DNA of 64,000 nucleotides from Candidatus Kapaibacterium sp. (GCA_046297095.1 JBKCNS010000022.1:153175-217174), one strand, 5' to 3'; shown: positions 19,755 to 30,910, numbered from the stretch's first letter. The notes: generated by a model from the sequence alone, not told the origin. Numbers and translations: made by a program.

Positions 19755-21231
19755 TTATTCTATAGCATCGAAGTATGGCAACGAGAGCTCTAGCGAGCTT
19801 ATCGATAATATCATATTGCTGTTCCTGTTGCCCATTGGTTTTTCCATTGCGCCCTTCAATGTTTTTGGTGTGGATACCTTGCCCGTTGCGGTATGCGATT
19901 TGGCAATGGGTGCGTTTTGCTTCCGCGTTCTTTGGCGATCCATGAAGGGTGTACAGCCCCTTCACTTCAGATTGGATGTGCCAACGATTATGTTGATTCT
20001 GACAATGGCAGCCTGTTTGTTCAGCGCGGTTTCTCCCTTGATTTCAGGAAACTCGGAATATCTGCGACAGTTTATGAAGTCCACATTACACTTTTCGTAT
20101 ATGTGGGTATTTGTACTACTCTGTTGCGCGGTTACTATCTCTTCGGAAAGCATCATTCGGGCATTCCGTATCTACGTGGTGTGCGCAATACCGGTCAATA
20201 TTTTCGGGATTTATCAGGTGCCCGCTCGTGCCTTCGATTGGCCGTTTGCGTGGATTGAATACACCGGCGCATCCCAAAAGTTTACCGAGCAATTGTCGCT
20301 GGAGTTCGAGGGATTTTTCAGAGCAACATCGCTGTTCTCCGAGCCCTCGGCCTTTGCCATGTATACCATGATGGCGGCAATTATGCTGCTCGCCCCGTAC
20401 TTCCTGTATGACTACAGAATTATAAAAAACAGATTCGTTTTTTATACTGCTTTATACTCATGCTTCATTGGCATGTTTCTTACGTTCTCATTGACGATTG
20501 TTGTTCAGCTCGGCGCATTCATAGTAGCCGTTATTCTTATCTCGCAATCGGCTACGGCAAAGAAGTTGGTTACCATGCTTAGCGTGATGACCGTGGTGTT
20601 TTCAATTACCAATGTTGCGATTCAAACCTATAGCGATGCGGATCTGTTCGATTTGTATTTCCGGCGGGTGGCCAGCAACATCGTTGGCGAGGATAAAGTG
20701 GAAGCAACCGTGGGAGATTCCTTTGCCACACGCGCTGATGCACAGAAAACGGCAGTGCGTATATGGAAGAATCAGCCCATGTTCGGTGCGGGACTAGGAT
20801 GCCTGGGCTACGCTCCGGATAACGATGGACTGGTGGGAGTGAGTGCGCATCAAATGTATCTGTTTGTTCTGGCATGTGTGGGTACAATTGGAGGCGTTAC
20901 ACTCGTTATCTACTCCTTTGGACTCAGCTGGATGTTGATGCGGCGATTGGTGCGAAATCGCCGAGAGTATGTTCGCGGCTCCACTCCCTCTGTGCCGGAT
21001 GTTGCGATGGCAATAGCCGCCTTTCTTTGTTGCAATGAAGCGGTTCACGGGCTTTCGTCCGACGATTTTATTGCTCCGTACCATTGGGTAATCATGGGCG
21101 TTGTGAGCCTGGTGTATTATCACCCACAGATTCAAAAGGCTACGCACGATCGCTTCCTCTTTTTAGGAAGAACCGCTCGTTTGCGCGCCGGCGAAAGTTC
21201 CACTGTAAACCTTCAAACCGGAAAGGTATAA
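19738..21231 (+). CDS. O-antigen ligase/polymerase (Wzy_C) family polytopic membrane protein
   Basis: More than 10 predicted TM helices. A Wzy_C-like motif ...VSAHQMYLFVLACVGTIGG is present. The start is uncertain: the ORF opens at 19675 and the internal Met at 19738 is chosen. Confidence 0.7.
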   Translation: MQAAADYSIASKYGNESSSELIDNIILLFLLPIGFSIAPFNVFGVDTLPVAVCDLAMGAFCFRVLWRSMKGVQPLHFRLDVPTIMLILTMAACLFSAVSPLISGNSEYLRQFMKSTLHFSYMWVFVLLCCAVTISSESIIRAFRIYVVCAIPVNIFGIYQVPARAFDWPFAWIEYTGASQKFTEQLSLEFEGFFRATSLFSEPSAFAMYTMMAAIMLLAPYFLYDYRIIKNRFVFYTALYSCFIGMFLTFSLTIVVQLGAFIVAVILISQSATAKKLVTMLSVMTVVFSITNVAIQTYSDADLFDLYFRRVASNIVGEDKVEATVGDSFATRADAQKTAVRIWKNQPMFGAGLGCLGYAPDNDGLVGVSAHQMYLFVLACVGTIGGVTLVIYSFGLSWMLMRRLVRNRREYVRGSTPSVPDVAMAIAAFLCCNEAVHGLSSDDFIAPYHWVIMGVVSLVYYHPQIQKATHDRFLFLGRTARLRAGESSTVNLQTGKV

Positions 21232-21234
21232 GTT

Positions 21235-22116
21235 GTGACTATCATCGATGGTAAATACACGGCCGCATGCATACGCGACGAAATCAAGATCGAGATCAAT
21301 CAACGCGTAGACGCCGGATTTTCCGTGCCGGGCCTGGCATTACTGCTCGTGGGCGATAATGCCGCGTCGGCAGTGTATGTAGGTGGCAAGGACAAGGCCT
21401 GCAAAGAAGTGGGAATGAATTCCACTATTGTTCGATTGCCCGCTACCGCTAGCGAGCAGGAGGTACTGAATATTCTGGCTGAATGGAATGCAGATCCTGC
21501 CGTTCATGGCATACTGGTGCAACTTCCTTTACCCAAACATATCGACGAGCAGCGGGTGATTATGGCAATTGATCCGCGCAAAGATGTGGACGGCTTTCAT
21601 CCGGAAAATGTGGGACGACTATCGTTGGGACTGCCCGGCTTCGTGCCCTGCACTCCTGCCGGTGTTGTGGAGTTGTTGAAGCGGTATTCTATTCCTACCA
21701 AAGGCCGCCATGCGGTGGTGGTGGGTAGGAGCAATATTGTTGGCAAGCCAATGGCCGGTGTACTGCTTCGCAAAGGAGAGGGTGGCGATGCCATTGTTAC
21801 CGTGTGTCATTCCGCTGCAGCTAATCTTCGTGAATACACTTCAAGAGCAGACATTCTTATTGCTGCTGTAGGTGTGCCGAACCTTATCGGTGCCGACGAT
21901 GTAAAAGAAGGTGTTGTGGTGATCGACGTAGGTATGAATAGACTGGATGATCCCACTCGCAAGAGCGGATACAGATTGGTGGGCGATGTCGATTATGACG
22001 CAGTAGCTTCTAAGTGCTCTGCAATTACGCCAGTGCCCGGTGGGGTGGGCCCAATGACGATTGCAATGCTGTTGCGAAACACGCTGGCGGCTGCTACCAA
22101 CGGAGACACCATATGA
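21235..22116 (+). CDS. folD: Bifunctional methylenetetrahydrofolate dehydrogenase/cyclohydrolase
   Basis: GTG start. MTIIDGK...LLVGDNAASAVYVGGKDKACKEVGM...GRSNIVGKPMA motifs. Confidence 0.9.
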   Translation: MTIIDGKYTAACIRDEIKIEINQRVDAGFSVPGLALLLVGDNAASAVYVGGKDKACKEVGMNSTIVRLPATASEQEVLNILAEWNADPAVHGILVQLPLPKHIDEQRVIMAIDPRKDVDGFHPENVGRLSLGLPGFVPCTPAGVVELLKRYSIPTKGRHAVVVGRSNIVGKPMAGVLLRKGEGGDAIVTVCHSAAANLREYTSRADILIAAVGVPNLIGADDVKEGVVVIDVGMNRLDDPTRKSGYRLVGDVDYDAVASKCSAITPVPGGVGPMTIAMLLRNTLAAATNGDTI

Positions 22117-22883
22117 AGAAAAATTCTCTGACAATTCTCTTTGAAGACAGTGACATCGTGATCATCAGCAAGCCATCCGGACTGCTTTCCATTCCGGATA
22201 GATTTAAGAAAGATGAGCCGAATGTACGCCGCATTCTGGAGGAAAAATATGGTCGAATTTTCGTTGTACACCGCTTGGATAGAGATACCAGCGGCGTTAT
22301 GGTGTTTGCTCGAACGGCCGCTGCGCATCGCCATCTATCCATGCAGTTTGAACATCACACCATGGAGAAAAAATACCTGGCCATCGTCGCCGGCACGGTT
22401 CCCAAAGAATCGATTGATATTGATATTCCACTTATGCCGAATCCGCGAGTTCCCGGCACCATGATGCCGTCTGCACGGGGGAAGGAATCTCATACCACCG
22501 TGCGAGTGTTGGAGCGTTTTCGTGTGGCAACATATGTTGAGTGTTTGCTCAAAACGGGGCGGCAGCATCAGTTGCGAGTGCATTGCGCTGCTATTGGATA
22601 TCCATTGCTTATCGATGCCACCTATGGACGTGCGGCGGAGTTCAGATTGTCGCAGATCAAACGCCGCTATCGTTTGCAAAAAGATACCGAAGAGCAGCCA
22701 ATCATGGCGCGAACCACCTTGCATGCACACTCGCTCAGTTTTATCCACCCGAGTTCGCTTCAACCATGTACTTTTGTATCTGATCCGCCCAAGGATTTCA
22801 AGGCATTGTTGACGGTTCTGCGCAAATATTCGGCAGCATTGTCGTCGGTGACGGCTCTCTTGGACGAACAGCAAGAATTGTGA
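22113..22883 (+). CDS. RluA-family pseudouridine synthase
   Basis: The ATG overlaps the folD stop (ATGA). Catalytic motif HRLDRDTSGVMVFAR. Confidence 0.85.
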   Translation: MKKNSLTILFEDSDIVIISKPSGLLSIPDRFKKDEPNVRRILEEKYGRIFVVHRLDRDTSGVMVFARTAAAHRHLSMQFEHHTMEKKYLAIVAGTVPKESIDIDIPLMPNPRVPGTMMPSARGKESHTTVRVLERFRVATYVECLLKTGRQHQLRVHCAAIGYPLLIDATYGRAAEFRLSQIKRRYRLQKDTEEQPIMARTTLHAHSLSFIHPSSLQPCTFVSDPPKDFKALLTVLRKYSAALSSVTALLDEQQEL

Positions 22884-22905
22884 TCCTCATCTTCACTTGT
22901 AACGT

Positions 22906-23457
22906 ATGTATATCATTCTCTTCGGCGCCCCGGGCGTGGGCAAGGGCACACAGGCAGAGGTTCTTTCGCGTCGCACAGGATTGCCGCATCTATCTACCGG
23001 CGATGAGTTTCGCCGTAACATTCAGGGAGAGACCGAACTTGGTTTGCGAGTTCGTCGAATTGTAGATTCCGGACAGCTGGTGCCCGATGATCTGGTGGTA
23101 GAGATTGTGGTGGATGCACTGGAACGTGATACATACGCCAACGGCTGCATCTTCGATGGCTTTCCCAGAACTATCGTTCAAGCGGAAAAATTGGATGCAA
23201 TTCTCGCTTTGAAACATCTGAGCATTTCGAAGGTTATTAATATAGAAGTTCCCGAAAACCGAATAGTCGAGCGATTGATGAAGCGTGGCCGTCAGGACGA
23301 CAATGAAGAGGTGATTCGTCATCGCCTTCATGTGTACGATGAACAAACCTCACCGCTGGTAGATTACTACCGAAGCCAAAACAAACTTGTGAGTGTTGAT
23401 GGTGATGCCGAAGTAGACGTAGTGAACGAGGCAATTATGGCTTTGATGCCCGCATAG
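22906..23457 (+). CDS. adk: Adenylate kinase
   Basis: P-loop ILFGAPGVGKGTQA; LID/AMP-binding motifs. Confidence 0.9.
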   Translation: MYIILFGAPGVGKGTQAEVLSRRTGLPHLSTGDEFRRNIQGETELGLRVRRIVDSGQLVPDDLVVEIVVDALERDTYANGCIFDGFPRTIVQAEKLDAILALKHLSISKVINIEVPENRIVERLMKRGRQDDNEEVIRHRLHVYDEQTSPLVDYYRSQNKLVSVDGDAEVDVVNEAIMALMPA

Positions 23458-23575
23458 AGATCGGGTACGGCGGCGGGCTTCACACGATTTACAATGCATG
23501 ATCGTTTTGATGGGAAGGTGCGACGTTATACTCGATTACAAACTGATTTGAACTGAATACAGAGTCTTATTTGAT

Positions 23576-26071
23576 ATGGATTTTATGAAAAAACTCTTTC
23601 TCATAGTTGCGGTCTCGTTGTTAACCACCGCAGGCATGAATGCGCAGATGCGATACGTCTCTGCAGTACAGTTTATGTTTCCCTCAAAAAGCTCTGTGCC
23701 CGGCTTGGCAACAAACGCTGCCTCGGCTCGTGCTTTTGATTACAACCCTCGGGAAGCTGCGGCGATTTTCCGTAGTCCTGCACCGGCAATGTCCGTTGCA
23801 GATTTCCCTATAGGTCTGGGTGAGACAGGAACGTTGCAGCTGGAAGCTCGCGCGTCGGTATTCGATGGTGAGACACATGCCTATAAGGTTGTGGGTGGCA
23901 AGCGTATTGAAGTAGCACTGCCTGCGTCGCGTACCTATGCAGGTACCATTCGCGGAGAAGAGGGATCAAGAGTTCTTGTGATCTCTACCGGCGACGAAAT
24001 GTTTGCATCTATAGAGCGGGGAAGCGGCACAATGCTGCAAATCTCTCCCGCCACAACAAAGAAAAATACCCTTGTGTTACAGGATAATACACACGGTCAA
24101 TCTTCTTCATTCCGTTGCGGTTTCGAGAATCTTCCGGATGCCCATGAGCCAATGCCCAAGGCATCAATTCAGCGTGACTCCAAGGGCTCCGTGTTGCAAG
24201 CAACAGATTTGCGCGAGGCACTTGTGGCAATCGAAACGGATCGCTTCCTGTGGACAAGAATGGGGAAAGATGAAGCAAAGATTATTCGTTACCTCTATAC
24301 CATCTTTGCTACCGTCAGCTGGATTTACGAACGAGAAGTGAACGTCACGTTTGCGCTTGGCGATATGATCATCCATACCGATGCAGACCCCGATCCCTAT
24401 ACAGAGAATGCCAATGGAGATATCGGTGCGCTGCTCGGAGAATTTTCTAGTTACTGGCGCGCTAATTACGGAACTGTTAAAAGAAATCTTGCAGTGCTGT
24501 TCACGGTGCCCGGTGTGACCGACGTTGGCGGTATTGCCTATCTGTCCACTCTGTGTACGGTGCGCGGCTTTGCAGCGTGCGGAATCAGAACCAATAGCGT
24601 GCTGCCCACGCAGGGGTATCAGTGGGATGCCTTTGTAACGGCACACGAAATCGGCCACGTGTTTGGAGCGAAGCACACACATGCATGCGACTGGAATCCG
24701 CCGTTGGACTCTTGCGTAAGTACCACAGGTTCTATTCCCACGGGAGATGCCTGCTGGAACGGTACACCGAAGCCCAACAAGGGAAGTATCATGAGTTATT
24801 GCCACTTATTTTTCCCGCCGCCGCGCTACACCTTCTTGGAGCCCGTAGCGGCTGTGGTTCGTGCGGGAGCTGAGCGAACCAACTGTTTGAAGCCGCCGGC
24901 AAATGCTACCATCAAGGTCACACAACCCATTGGTGGTGCGGACCAAATTGTCCGCAGTGACACCGGTGTTTCTATTGAGTGGACCAGTACCAAGGTGACA
25001 AACGTCAATATTGAATATAGTCTTGACGCAGGAAAAACATTTGTGCCCATTGCTGCGGCTACCAATCTTCCCGCTACGGATCGTTTCTATAAGTGGTTCC
25101 CGGCAGCCGGTTTGAATTCCACACAAGCTATGATTCGCATTGTGTCGTCGTCGAGTGCGACTATTGCCGATACATCATTTGCCACATTCTCACTGGGTTC
25201 GCCATCCATCACGCTAAAAACTCTCACCGGTGGCGAGCGTATTGGACGAAATACTACCGAGACCATAGTCTGGGAGCGTACGTTTATCACCAAAAACAAG
25301 TTGGAGTTTTCGCCCACTGGTTCTGAGCCGTGGACTACCGTACTGCCTGATACCACGTTGCTGCAGTTCGCGTGGAAAGTTCCGGATATCGAGGCATCTG
25401 CAGCACGCTTGCGTGTATTGGGAGGTGCGAACAACTCTGTGATCGCTATGAGCGGTCCTTTTGCAATAGGCACCCCGGTGCTTAGCGTGGTGGGACCTGT
25501 AGCCGGGGATAGCGCTTGCGCAGGCGGCAAGTATACTGTAAAGTGGCAAAGTGACTTTGTTCGCAGTGTTGATATCAGATATTCCCGAAACAACGGCGGA
25601 ACATTCCCCATCACACAAAGTGTGGTCGCAAACTTTGATGCGGCAGCGCAGTCGTATGTGTGGACCGTCCCGACAAACCGCAATAGTGATAGTGCTATTA
25701 TTAGAATTACAAACCTTGCTGATCCCGCCCAGGTAGTACTCTCGGGACGATTCTCGATTCGAGTTTGTCAGGGAGTAAACTCCGTTGGTGAAACAAACGA
25801 AGTAAACGGCTTGCGCATAGCACGTATTTATCCCGCCCCTGTGAGCGATGTTCTTGGCTTGGTGACGGTAAATAATCGTGGTGCATCGGCCTTTGCCGAG
25901 GTGTCCATTATTTCGGGCGATGGCCGCACGGTCGGCACGTATCCTATCGATCTGGGTACCGGCAGCGTAAGCCACTCGATACCGCTGGGTAATGTTGCGT
26001 CCGGAGCGTACATACTGCTGTTACGCTCGCAAGGAACGGATTTGTCGCTACCCTTTGTTGTGGCGCGCTAA
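23576..26071 (+). CDS. Secreted zincin metalloprotease (reprolysin/M12B-like HExxHxxGxxH) with Ig-like domains and a T9SS CTD
   Basis: Signal peptide MKKLFLIVAVSLLTTAGMNAQ. Zinc-binding motif VTAHEIGHVFGAKHTH. The C-terminus ...SGAYILLLRSQGTDLSLPFVVAR is a T9SS CTD. Confidence 0.85.
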   Translation: MDFMKKLFLIVAVSLLTTAGMNAQMRYVSAVQFMFPSKSSVPGLATNAASARAFDYNPREAAAIFRSPAPAMSVADFPIGLGETGTLQLEARASVFDGETHAYKVVGGKRIEVALPASRTYAGTIRGEEGSRVLVISTGDEMFASIERGSGTMLQISPATTKKNTLVLQDNTHGQSSSFRCGFENLPDAHEPMPKASIQRDSKGSVLQATDLREALVAIETDRFLWTRMGKDEAKIIRYLYTIFATVSWIYEREVNVTFALGDMIIHTDADPDPYTENANGDIGALLGEFSSYWRANYGTVKRNLAVLFTVPGVTDVGGIAYLSTLCTVRGFAACGIRTNSVLPTQGYQWDAFVTAHEIGHVFGAKHTHACDWNPPLDSCVSTTGSIPTGDACWNGTPKPNKGSIMSYCHLFFPPPRYTFLEPVAAVVRAGAERTNCLKPPANATIKVTQPIGGADQIVRSDTGVSIEWTSTKVTNVNIEYSLDAGKTFVPIAAATNLPATDRFYKWFPAAGLNSTQAMIRIVSSSSATIADTSFATFSLGSPSITLKTLTGGERIGRNTTETIVWERTFITKNKLEFSPTGSEPWTTVLPDTTLLQFAWKVPDIEASAARLRVLGGANNSVIAMSGPFAIGTPVLSVVGPVAGDSACAGGKYTVKWQSDFVRSVDIRYSRNNGGTFPITQSVVANFDAAAQSYVWTVPTNRNSDSAIIRITNLADPAQVVLSGRFSIRVCQGVNSVGETNEVNGLRIARIYPAPVSDVLGLVTVNNRGASAFAEVSIISGDGRTVGTYPIDLGTGSVSHSIPLGNVASGAYILLLRSQGTDLSLPFVVAR

Positions 26072-26094
26072 TCAGTCTGCTAACGTTTTTATAG

Positions 26095-26133
26095 GAGTCT
26101 GTTGCCACGTGTGCAGCAGGCTCTTTTTATTTT
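26095..26133 (+). terminator. Rho-independent terminator after the metalloprotease gene
   Basis: GAGTCTGTTGC-cacgtgt-GCAGCAGGCTC forms an 11-bp stem with two G-U pairs, followed by TTTTTATTTT. Confidence 0.6.
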
Positions 26134-26140
26134 GAAGCCG

Positions 26141-27178
26141 ATGAAAGCATTGGAAAATACAATCGTTCGCGTGGCGCTCACGGTGGTCGTCTTCGGCGGG
26201 GGCTTTGCTCTGGCCCTTTGGCTAGCGAATGTGGATGTGCGATTACTTGCAGACAGATTCTTGCGCACCCGATACGCACTGGCTTTAATGTCTATTCCTC
26301 TTGTACTTCTCTCACATTTGGTGCGAGCTTGGCGGTGGCAATCTCTGCTAACTCCGATTAAACCTGCCATTCGCATGCTGAACTTGTTTTCGGCGGTGAT
26401 GGTGGGCTATGCAGCGAACAATATCGTGCCGCGTAGCGGGGAAGTGTTACGGCCCTATACATTGCATCGCCGCGAGCAGCTGCCGCTCTCGGCGCTCATT
26501 GCATCGGTGATAGTTGAGCGATTTATCGACATCGTGAATCTGCTCTTGTTTCTTTCAGTGGCATTGTATGTAATCGGTGAGCAACTGCAGCAGGTTCTGC
26601 CGGACGCAGACTTGCCGCGTATACTCAACTCCGTAGCCCTGAGCAGCTTGGTGCTCCTTGTTCTGCTCGTAGTGTTTGCCGGCACAAGTGTGATTGAGCG
26701 ACTTGTGCGATTTGCTGTTTCTCCCTTTGCTCCATCACTGTGGGAACGAATAGACCACACGCTGCAATCATTTAAGCAGGGGTTGGCAATACTGCGTCAG
26801 CCCGGTCGGTTCCCGGTGATAATCGCGCAATCGTTATTGATATGGTTGTTGTATGTGCTTCCGGTGTATGTAATGTGTTTGGCATTTCCTACCGAGCCCT
26901 TGCAGTCGCGCACCTTTGTTGATGCCTGCGTTATTCTGTTGATCATGGCGGTAGCAACCACGCTCACACCGCCGGTACCCGGTGGCTTTATCGTTATACC
27001 CGCATTGTTGGGCAGTGCGCTGGTGCCACTGTTTGGTTGCACGCGCGAAGATGCGGCAGCCTTTGCCTTCTTAACCTTCATGCTGAATTACCTGCCGGTA
27101 ACGGTTCTTGGCGGGCTGTTTATGATGCGTGAGCAGGTGCGTCCGAACTCGGCTTCCGATTCGACATCTGATTCTTAA
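26141..27178 (+). CDS. Lysylphosphatidylglycerol-synthase-TM-region-like (UPF0104/flippase-like) integral membrane protein
   Basis: Multi-pass membrane protein with ...SHLVRAWRWQSLL...GYAANNIVPRSGEVLRPY typical of the UPF0104 family. The start is taken after the terminator; the ORF opens at 26102. Confidence 0.7.
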   Translation: MKALENTIVRVALTVVVFGGGFALALWLANVDVRLLADRFLRTRYALALMSIPLVLLSHLVRAWRWQSLLTPIKPAIRMLNLFSAVMVGYAANNIVPRSGEVLRPYTLHRREQLPLSALIASVIVERFIDIVNLLLFLSVALYVIGEQLQQVLPDADLPRILNSVALSSLVLLVLLVVFAGTSVIERLVRFAVSPFAPSLWERIDHTLQSFKQGLAILRQPGRFPVIIAQSLLIWLLYVLPVYVMCLAFPTEPLQSRTFVDACVILLIMAVATTLTPPVPGGFIVIPALLGSALVPLFGCTREDAAAFAFLTFMLNYLPVTVLGGLFMMREQVRPNSASDSTSDS

Positions 27179-27251
27179 CTCACCAGTTGTAGCTGCCGGT
27201 GAATAGTTGTTGCGTGCCTAAGCAGCCGGTAACGGCATTCCAACGCGACGA

Positions 27252-27941
27252 TCAATACTCATCCGATTGGTGGCCTGAGGGAGAAGTGAATAAATCGCTG
27301 ATGATTGGAGCAATGATGCTCCAGGAAAATCCCTGACGTTGCAGATACGATTGCACAGCGCTTCGCTGCTTGTCTACAGGCCGATATGCCACTGCGCGCA
27401 ACTTCTTTTCGGCTGCCCGCCTTGCTACCGTGTTGATATCATCGTTGGTGTAATACTCGCGCAAGGCGTTGTCGATATACTCAACATCGACGCCTTTCTT
27501 TTTCAAGTCTGCGCGCAAACGGCCCGGTGATAATTGCCGCATGGTCAGAGCATCACGCACATACATGCGGGCGAACTCGGCATCGTTGAGATATCCGAAC
27601 TCTAGGCAAAACTCCACTGCTTCATCGATTTCGTTCTCGCCGAAGTCCTTACGGCGCAGGCGCTCTCGCAGCTGACGGATGGTTCTGGGTTTGTAGGTAA
27701 CAAATGCCAAAGCAAGCTGGCGCACGTACATGCTGTTCTTATCTGCGCGCAAGAGTGCGTGCAGATCTTCATTGATCTGCATCCCTTTAGCAACGCGATG
27801 CTTTGCGATAATGTCGATGTGAACTTGAATGGCAAACTCGCCATCCACAAACACATTGATGCGTTCAGGTTTTCGCTTGGAAGCCACAAGCTGAGTAACG
27901 ATGCCGCTTGGCGGCGTGGTATGGCTAAGAGGTTTACCCAT
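27252..27941 (-). CDS. recX: Recombination regulator RecX
   Basis: Immediately downstream of recA on the same strand. RecX-like helical repeats (...YLNDAEFARMYVRD...). Confidence 0.8.
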   Translation of the reverse strand: MGKPLSHTTPPSGIVTQLVASKRKPERINVFVDGEFAIQVHIDIIAKHRVAKGMQINEDLHALLRADKNSMYVRQLALAFVTYKPRTIRQLRERLRRKDFGENEIDEAVEFCLEFGYLNDAEFARMYVRDALTMRQLSPGRLRADLKKKGVDVEYIDNALREYYTNDDINTVARRAAEKKLRAVAYRPVDKQRSAVQSYLQRQGFSWSIIAPIISDLFTSPSGHQSDEY

Positions 27942-28026
27942 AGAACAGTGGTTCTTGTAACAAGAACGGCAATGAGTGTTTCTGCAACTCATTGCCGTTT
28001 CTTTAGGTCATCAGTGTTGGGGAAGG

Positions 28027-29091
28027 TTACTTTGCTTCAGCACCCATGCCGAGTTTGGAACGAACTTCCTTCTCCAATCGAGCAAGTACATCGGGGCTTT
28101 CCTGTAGCATCTTGCGCAAGCCATCACGGCCCTGTACGCGATCTTCGCCGTAGGCGAACCACGAACCGCTGCGATTGACTATTCCATGCTCAACGGCTAC
28201 ATCAATCATGTCGCCAATCTTTGATATGCCTTCGTTGTACATGATATCAAACTCGCACTCCTTGAAAGGAGGAGCCACTTTGTTCTTCACAATTTTGGCG
28301 CGAACACGATTGCCGATAATATCGGTGCCGTCTTTGATAACATCCTTGCGGCGGATATCGATACGAACAGATGCGTAGTACTTGAGCGCGTTACCGCCCG
28401 TGGTTGTCTCGGGATTGCCATACACTACACCGATCTTACTACGCAGCTGGTTGGTGAAAATTACCACAGCATTCGAGCGGCCAATCACACTTTGCAGCTT
28501 ACGCATCGCCTGAGACATCAATCGTGCCTGCGAGCCCATCTGTGCATCGCCCATTTCGCCTTCGATCTCAACACGCGGCGTGAGAGCTGCTACGGAGTCC
28601 ACAACGATTACGTCGATGGCACCGCTACGCACCAATGTCTCTACGATTTCCAAAGCCTGCTCACCAAACTCAGGTTGCGAGAGAAGTAAGTTGTCCAGAT
28701 CCACGCCCAATCGCTGAGCATAGGTCATGTCCAGTGCATGCTCGGTATCCACAATGGCTGCCAGGCCGCCATGGCGCTGAGCTTCAGCAATAACCTGCAA
28801 ACAGACGGTCGTTTTACCCGATGATTCCGGACCGTAAATCTCAACGATGCGGCCTCGCGGAAAACCGCCTACGCCTATTGCTGCATCCAGGGAGATACAA
28901 CCGGTAGAGATAGCCTCCACCTGCATGGGGTTCGCATCGCTGAGGCGAAGAATGCTACCTTTACCATGCTGTTTTTCAATTTGTTCTATAGCACTGAGAG
29001 CGATTTTCAGTTTCTGTGCATCCGGCTTTCCCGGATCGCCTTTCTGAGCAGCTGCGGCCGCAGCTTTTTCGACTTTCTTGTCGTCTGCCAT
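28027..29091 (-). CDS. recA: Recombinase A
   Basis: MADDKK...[20 protein letters not shown] (Walker A). Full-length RecA. Confidence 0.95.
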   Translation of the reverse strand: MADDKKVEKAAAAAAQKGDPGKPDAQKLKIALSAIEQIEKQHGKGSILRLSDANPMQVEAISTGCISLDAAIGVGGFPRGRIVEIYGPESSGKTTVCLQVIAEAQRHGGLAAIVDTEHALDMTYAQRLGVDLDNLLLSQPEFGEQALEIVETLVRSGAIDVIVVDSVAALTPRVEIEGEMGDAQMGSQARLMSQAMRKLQSVIGRSNAVVIFTNQLRSKIGVVYGNPETTTGGNALKYYASVRIDIRRKDVIKDGTDIIGNRVRAKIVKNKVAPPFKECEFDIMYNEGISKIGDMIDVAVEHGIVNRSGSWFAYGEDRVQGRDGLRKMLQESPDVLARLEKEVRSKLGMGAEAK

Positions 29092-29202
29092 GTAATCCTC
29101 CGATGTGACGAGTTGTAAGGAATTGAGATATTGAAGTGAGAGAGGGGCAAAATAGACCGCGGGGTTATCGCAATGCAACAGGCGCGGGCCTATGTTGAAA
29201 AC

Positions 29203-29231
29203 AAAAAACGGCCGGATGAGTATCCGACCGT
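29203..29231 (-). terminator. Rho-independent terminator downstream of rplS (minus strand)
   Basis: Minus-strand RNA ACGGUCGG-AUACUCAU-CCGGCCGU followed by UUUUUU. Confidence 0.6.
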
Positions 29232-29258
29232 CTTTGCACTTTTTCTATGTGGCTATGA

Positions 29259-29648
29259 TTAGCTCTGACGCAATTTTTGACGAACCTTCTTGTCGCTCAT
29301 TCCGCGCAAGTAATACAGCTTGGCACGGCGCACATGTCCGTTGCGATCAACACTGATACCTTGAATGTTCGGTGAGTGCAGGGGAAAGATACGCTCTACG
29401 CCTACACCGTTGGAAATCTTGCGAACGCGGAATGTTGCGTTCGATCCACCACCGCGACGCGCAATGCAGATACCGGTGAAGTTCTGGATACGCTCTTTTT
29501 CACCTTCCACAACGCGTACAGCTACGGTAAGTGTATCTCCGGGACCGAAGTCAGGAATATTACGAGCGTTATCGCCGTCTTTGGTTTTGCGGACCTCTTG
29601 CATGGTAGCAATGGTCATCTGTTCAATCATCTGCACTTTCGGATGCAT
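29259..29648 (-). CDS. rplS: 50S ribosomal protein L19
   Basis: ...[60 protein letters not shown]... is a canonical L19. The start Met is ambiguous (MHPK at 29648, MIEQ at 29630). Confidence 0.9.
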   Translation of the reverse strand: MHPKVQMIEQMTIATMQEVRKTKDGDNARNIPDFGPGDTLTVAVRVVEGEKERIQNFTGICIARRGGGSNATFRVRKISNGVGVERIFPLHSPNIQGISVDRNGHVRRAKLYYLRGMSDKKVRQKLRQS

Positions 29649-29833
29649 TACGGTCTCCGGATATTATAACTTTTTAGAGGAATTTCACGAGTTCTTTAGC
29701 ACGTATCCACCGCCAAGGGTGATTGCAAAGATACAGATACGGCGTAAACTATACAAACCTTGACACTACCACGGCAAAATGGATGAGGGACATGCAATTG
29801 GGTAGAAAGGGGGCCGAACTGCACCGCACCGTA

Positions 29834-30862
29834 TTAAAAGGCGGCAGTTAAGGTAACATAATGGGTTAGACCGGTGGTGGACAGCACTCCCGATGTTACG
29901 GCATAATCCACGCTCATTCTGAAGGGAAGTTCTTCGGCGGGGAATCGGAAACTAACACCGCCCGCCAACGACCTGGACGGCGCAAGAACGGCTACGCCCG
30001 ACTCTTCGCCTACCAATGCTATACCACCGCGTATAGCAAGAAGGTCGGTGATGGAATATTCGGAGCCGAGGGTAAGCGAGGGAATGTCTGAGCCACGAAC
30101 CAGCGCGGCTTCCAGACTAAGCAGAACATAGGTAGGCGAGGGAACGGCAATGGTATCTGTTGCACCCAGAGAAGTAGATCGCACCACATACTGTTCCTTC
30201 GATTCACTGATTTCGGTGCTGAGCCCCGCGCGAATACTCCACGGCAGAGCATCGCGCGTGGACGCGCTATTGTTCCACGTAATAGAACCGATGTTCTGCG
30301 CAGAAATGCCGCATTGAAAGCTCTTTCCAAAAGGGATACGCGCACCTACATCAAAGGCAAAACCCGAGCCGCCTGCGCCATCTCCGCTCACCGCAGTTTG
30401 CAGATATTTTCCTGCGATTCCGATGGATGTTGATGCAACCGTCACTCCCAAACCGGCTTGTGCCACATACGTTGTGTACGTGGCCATTCCAAGTGATTGC
30501 CCTGTGGCATCGGTACGCTCAAACTCGCCGCCATTGAACATTGCAAAGCCTGCTCCGAAGCCGGCTTTTTGCGAGAGATTTTGAGAGACGGAAAGAAGAG
30601 TAATGGAACGCGAAAGACCTAGTCTGCTGTGGGTGGTACTTAGCACGGGAAGTTCTGCCTGACCACTTAACGCAGCTGCATTAATGAAGATCGCATTGGG
30701 TTCGTTTACTGCAGCCGTATATGCTCCGGAGAGACCGGCTACTCTGGCTCCTGCAAACGACCGCAGTAACATAACGGTAGAGTAACCATTCGAGGTGCCT
30801 TGAGCTCCTGCAACTGTCAGAAGGCAGGTAAAGAGAAGCAGAGATGCAATACTCCTGTGCAT
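29834..30862 (-). CDS. FadL-like outer membrane beta-barrel, PorV/PorQ (T9SS-associated) family candidate
   Basis: Signal peptide MHRSIASLLLFTCLLTVAGAQ. The N-terminal motif GARVAGLSGAYTAAVNEPNAIFINAAAL matches the GARxxGMGGAxxA...NPAGL motif recalled for PorV/PorQ and FadL-like proteins. Size is 342 aa. Confidence 0.55.
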   Translation of the reverse strand: MHRSIASLLLFTCLLTVAGAQGTSNGYSTVMLLRSFAGARVAGLSGAYTAAVNEPNAIFINAAALSGQAELPVLSTTHSRLGLSRSITLLSVSQNLSQKAGFGAGFAMFNGGEFERTDATGQSLGMATYTTYVAQAGLGVTVASTSIGIAGKYLQTAVSGDGAGGSGFAFDVGARIPFGKSFQCGISAQNIGSITWNNSASTRDALPWSIRAGLSTEISESKEQYVVRSTSLGATDTIAVPSPTYVLLSLEAALVRGSDIPSLTLGSEYSITDLLAIRGGIALVGEESGVAVLAPSRSLAGGVSFRFPAEELPFRMSVDYAVTSGVLSTTGLTHYVTLTAAF

Positions 30863-30910
30863 GAGTCAACGTCCTTGTTGGCGAATTCCGTAAATCCTGT
30901 TTGGGGCTTT

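Noticed and set aside
29259-29648. rplS standing alone, away from the usual rpsP-rimM-trmD-rplS operon, considered as a rearrangement signal
   Set aside because: This operon is frequently split in Bacteroidota. A clean terminator follows the gene and there is no evidence of disruption.
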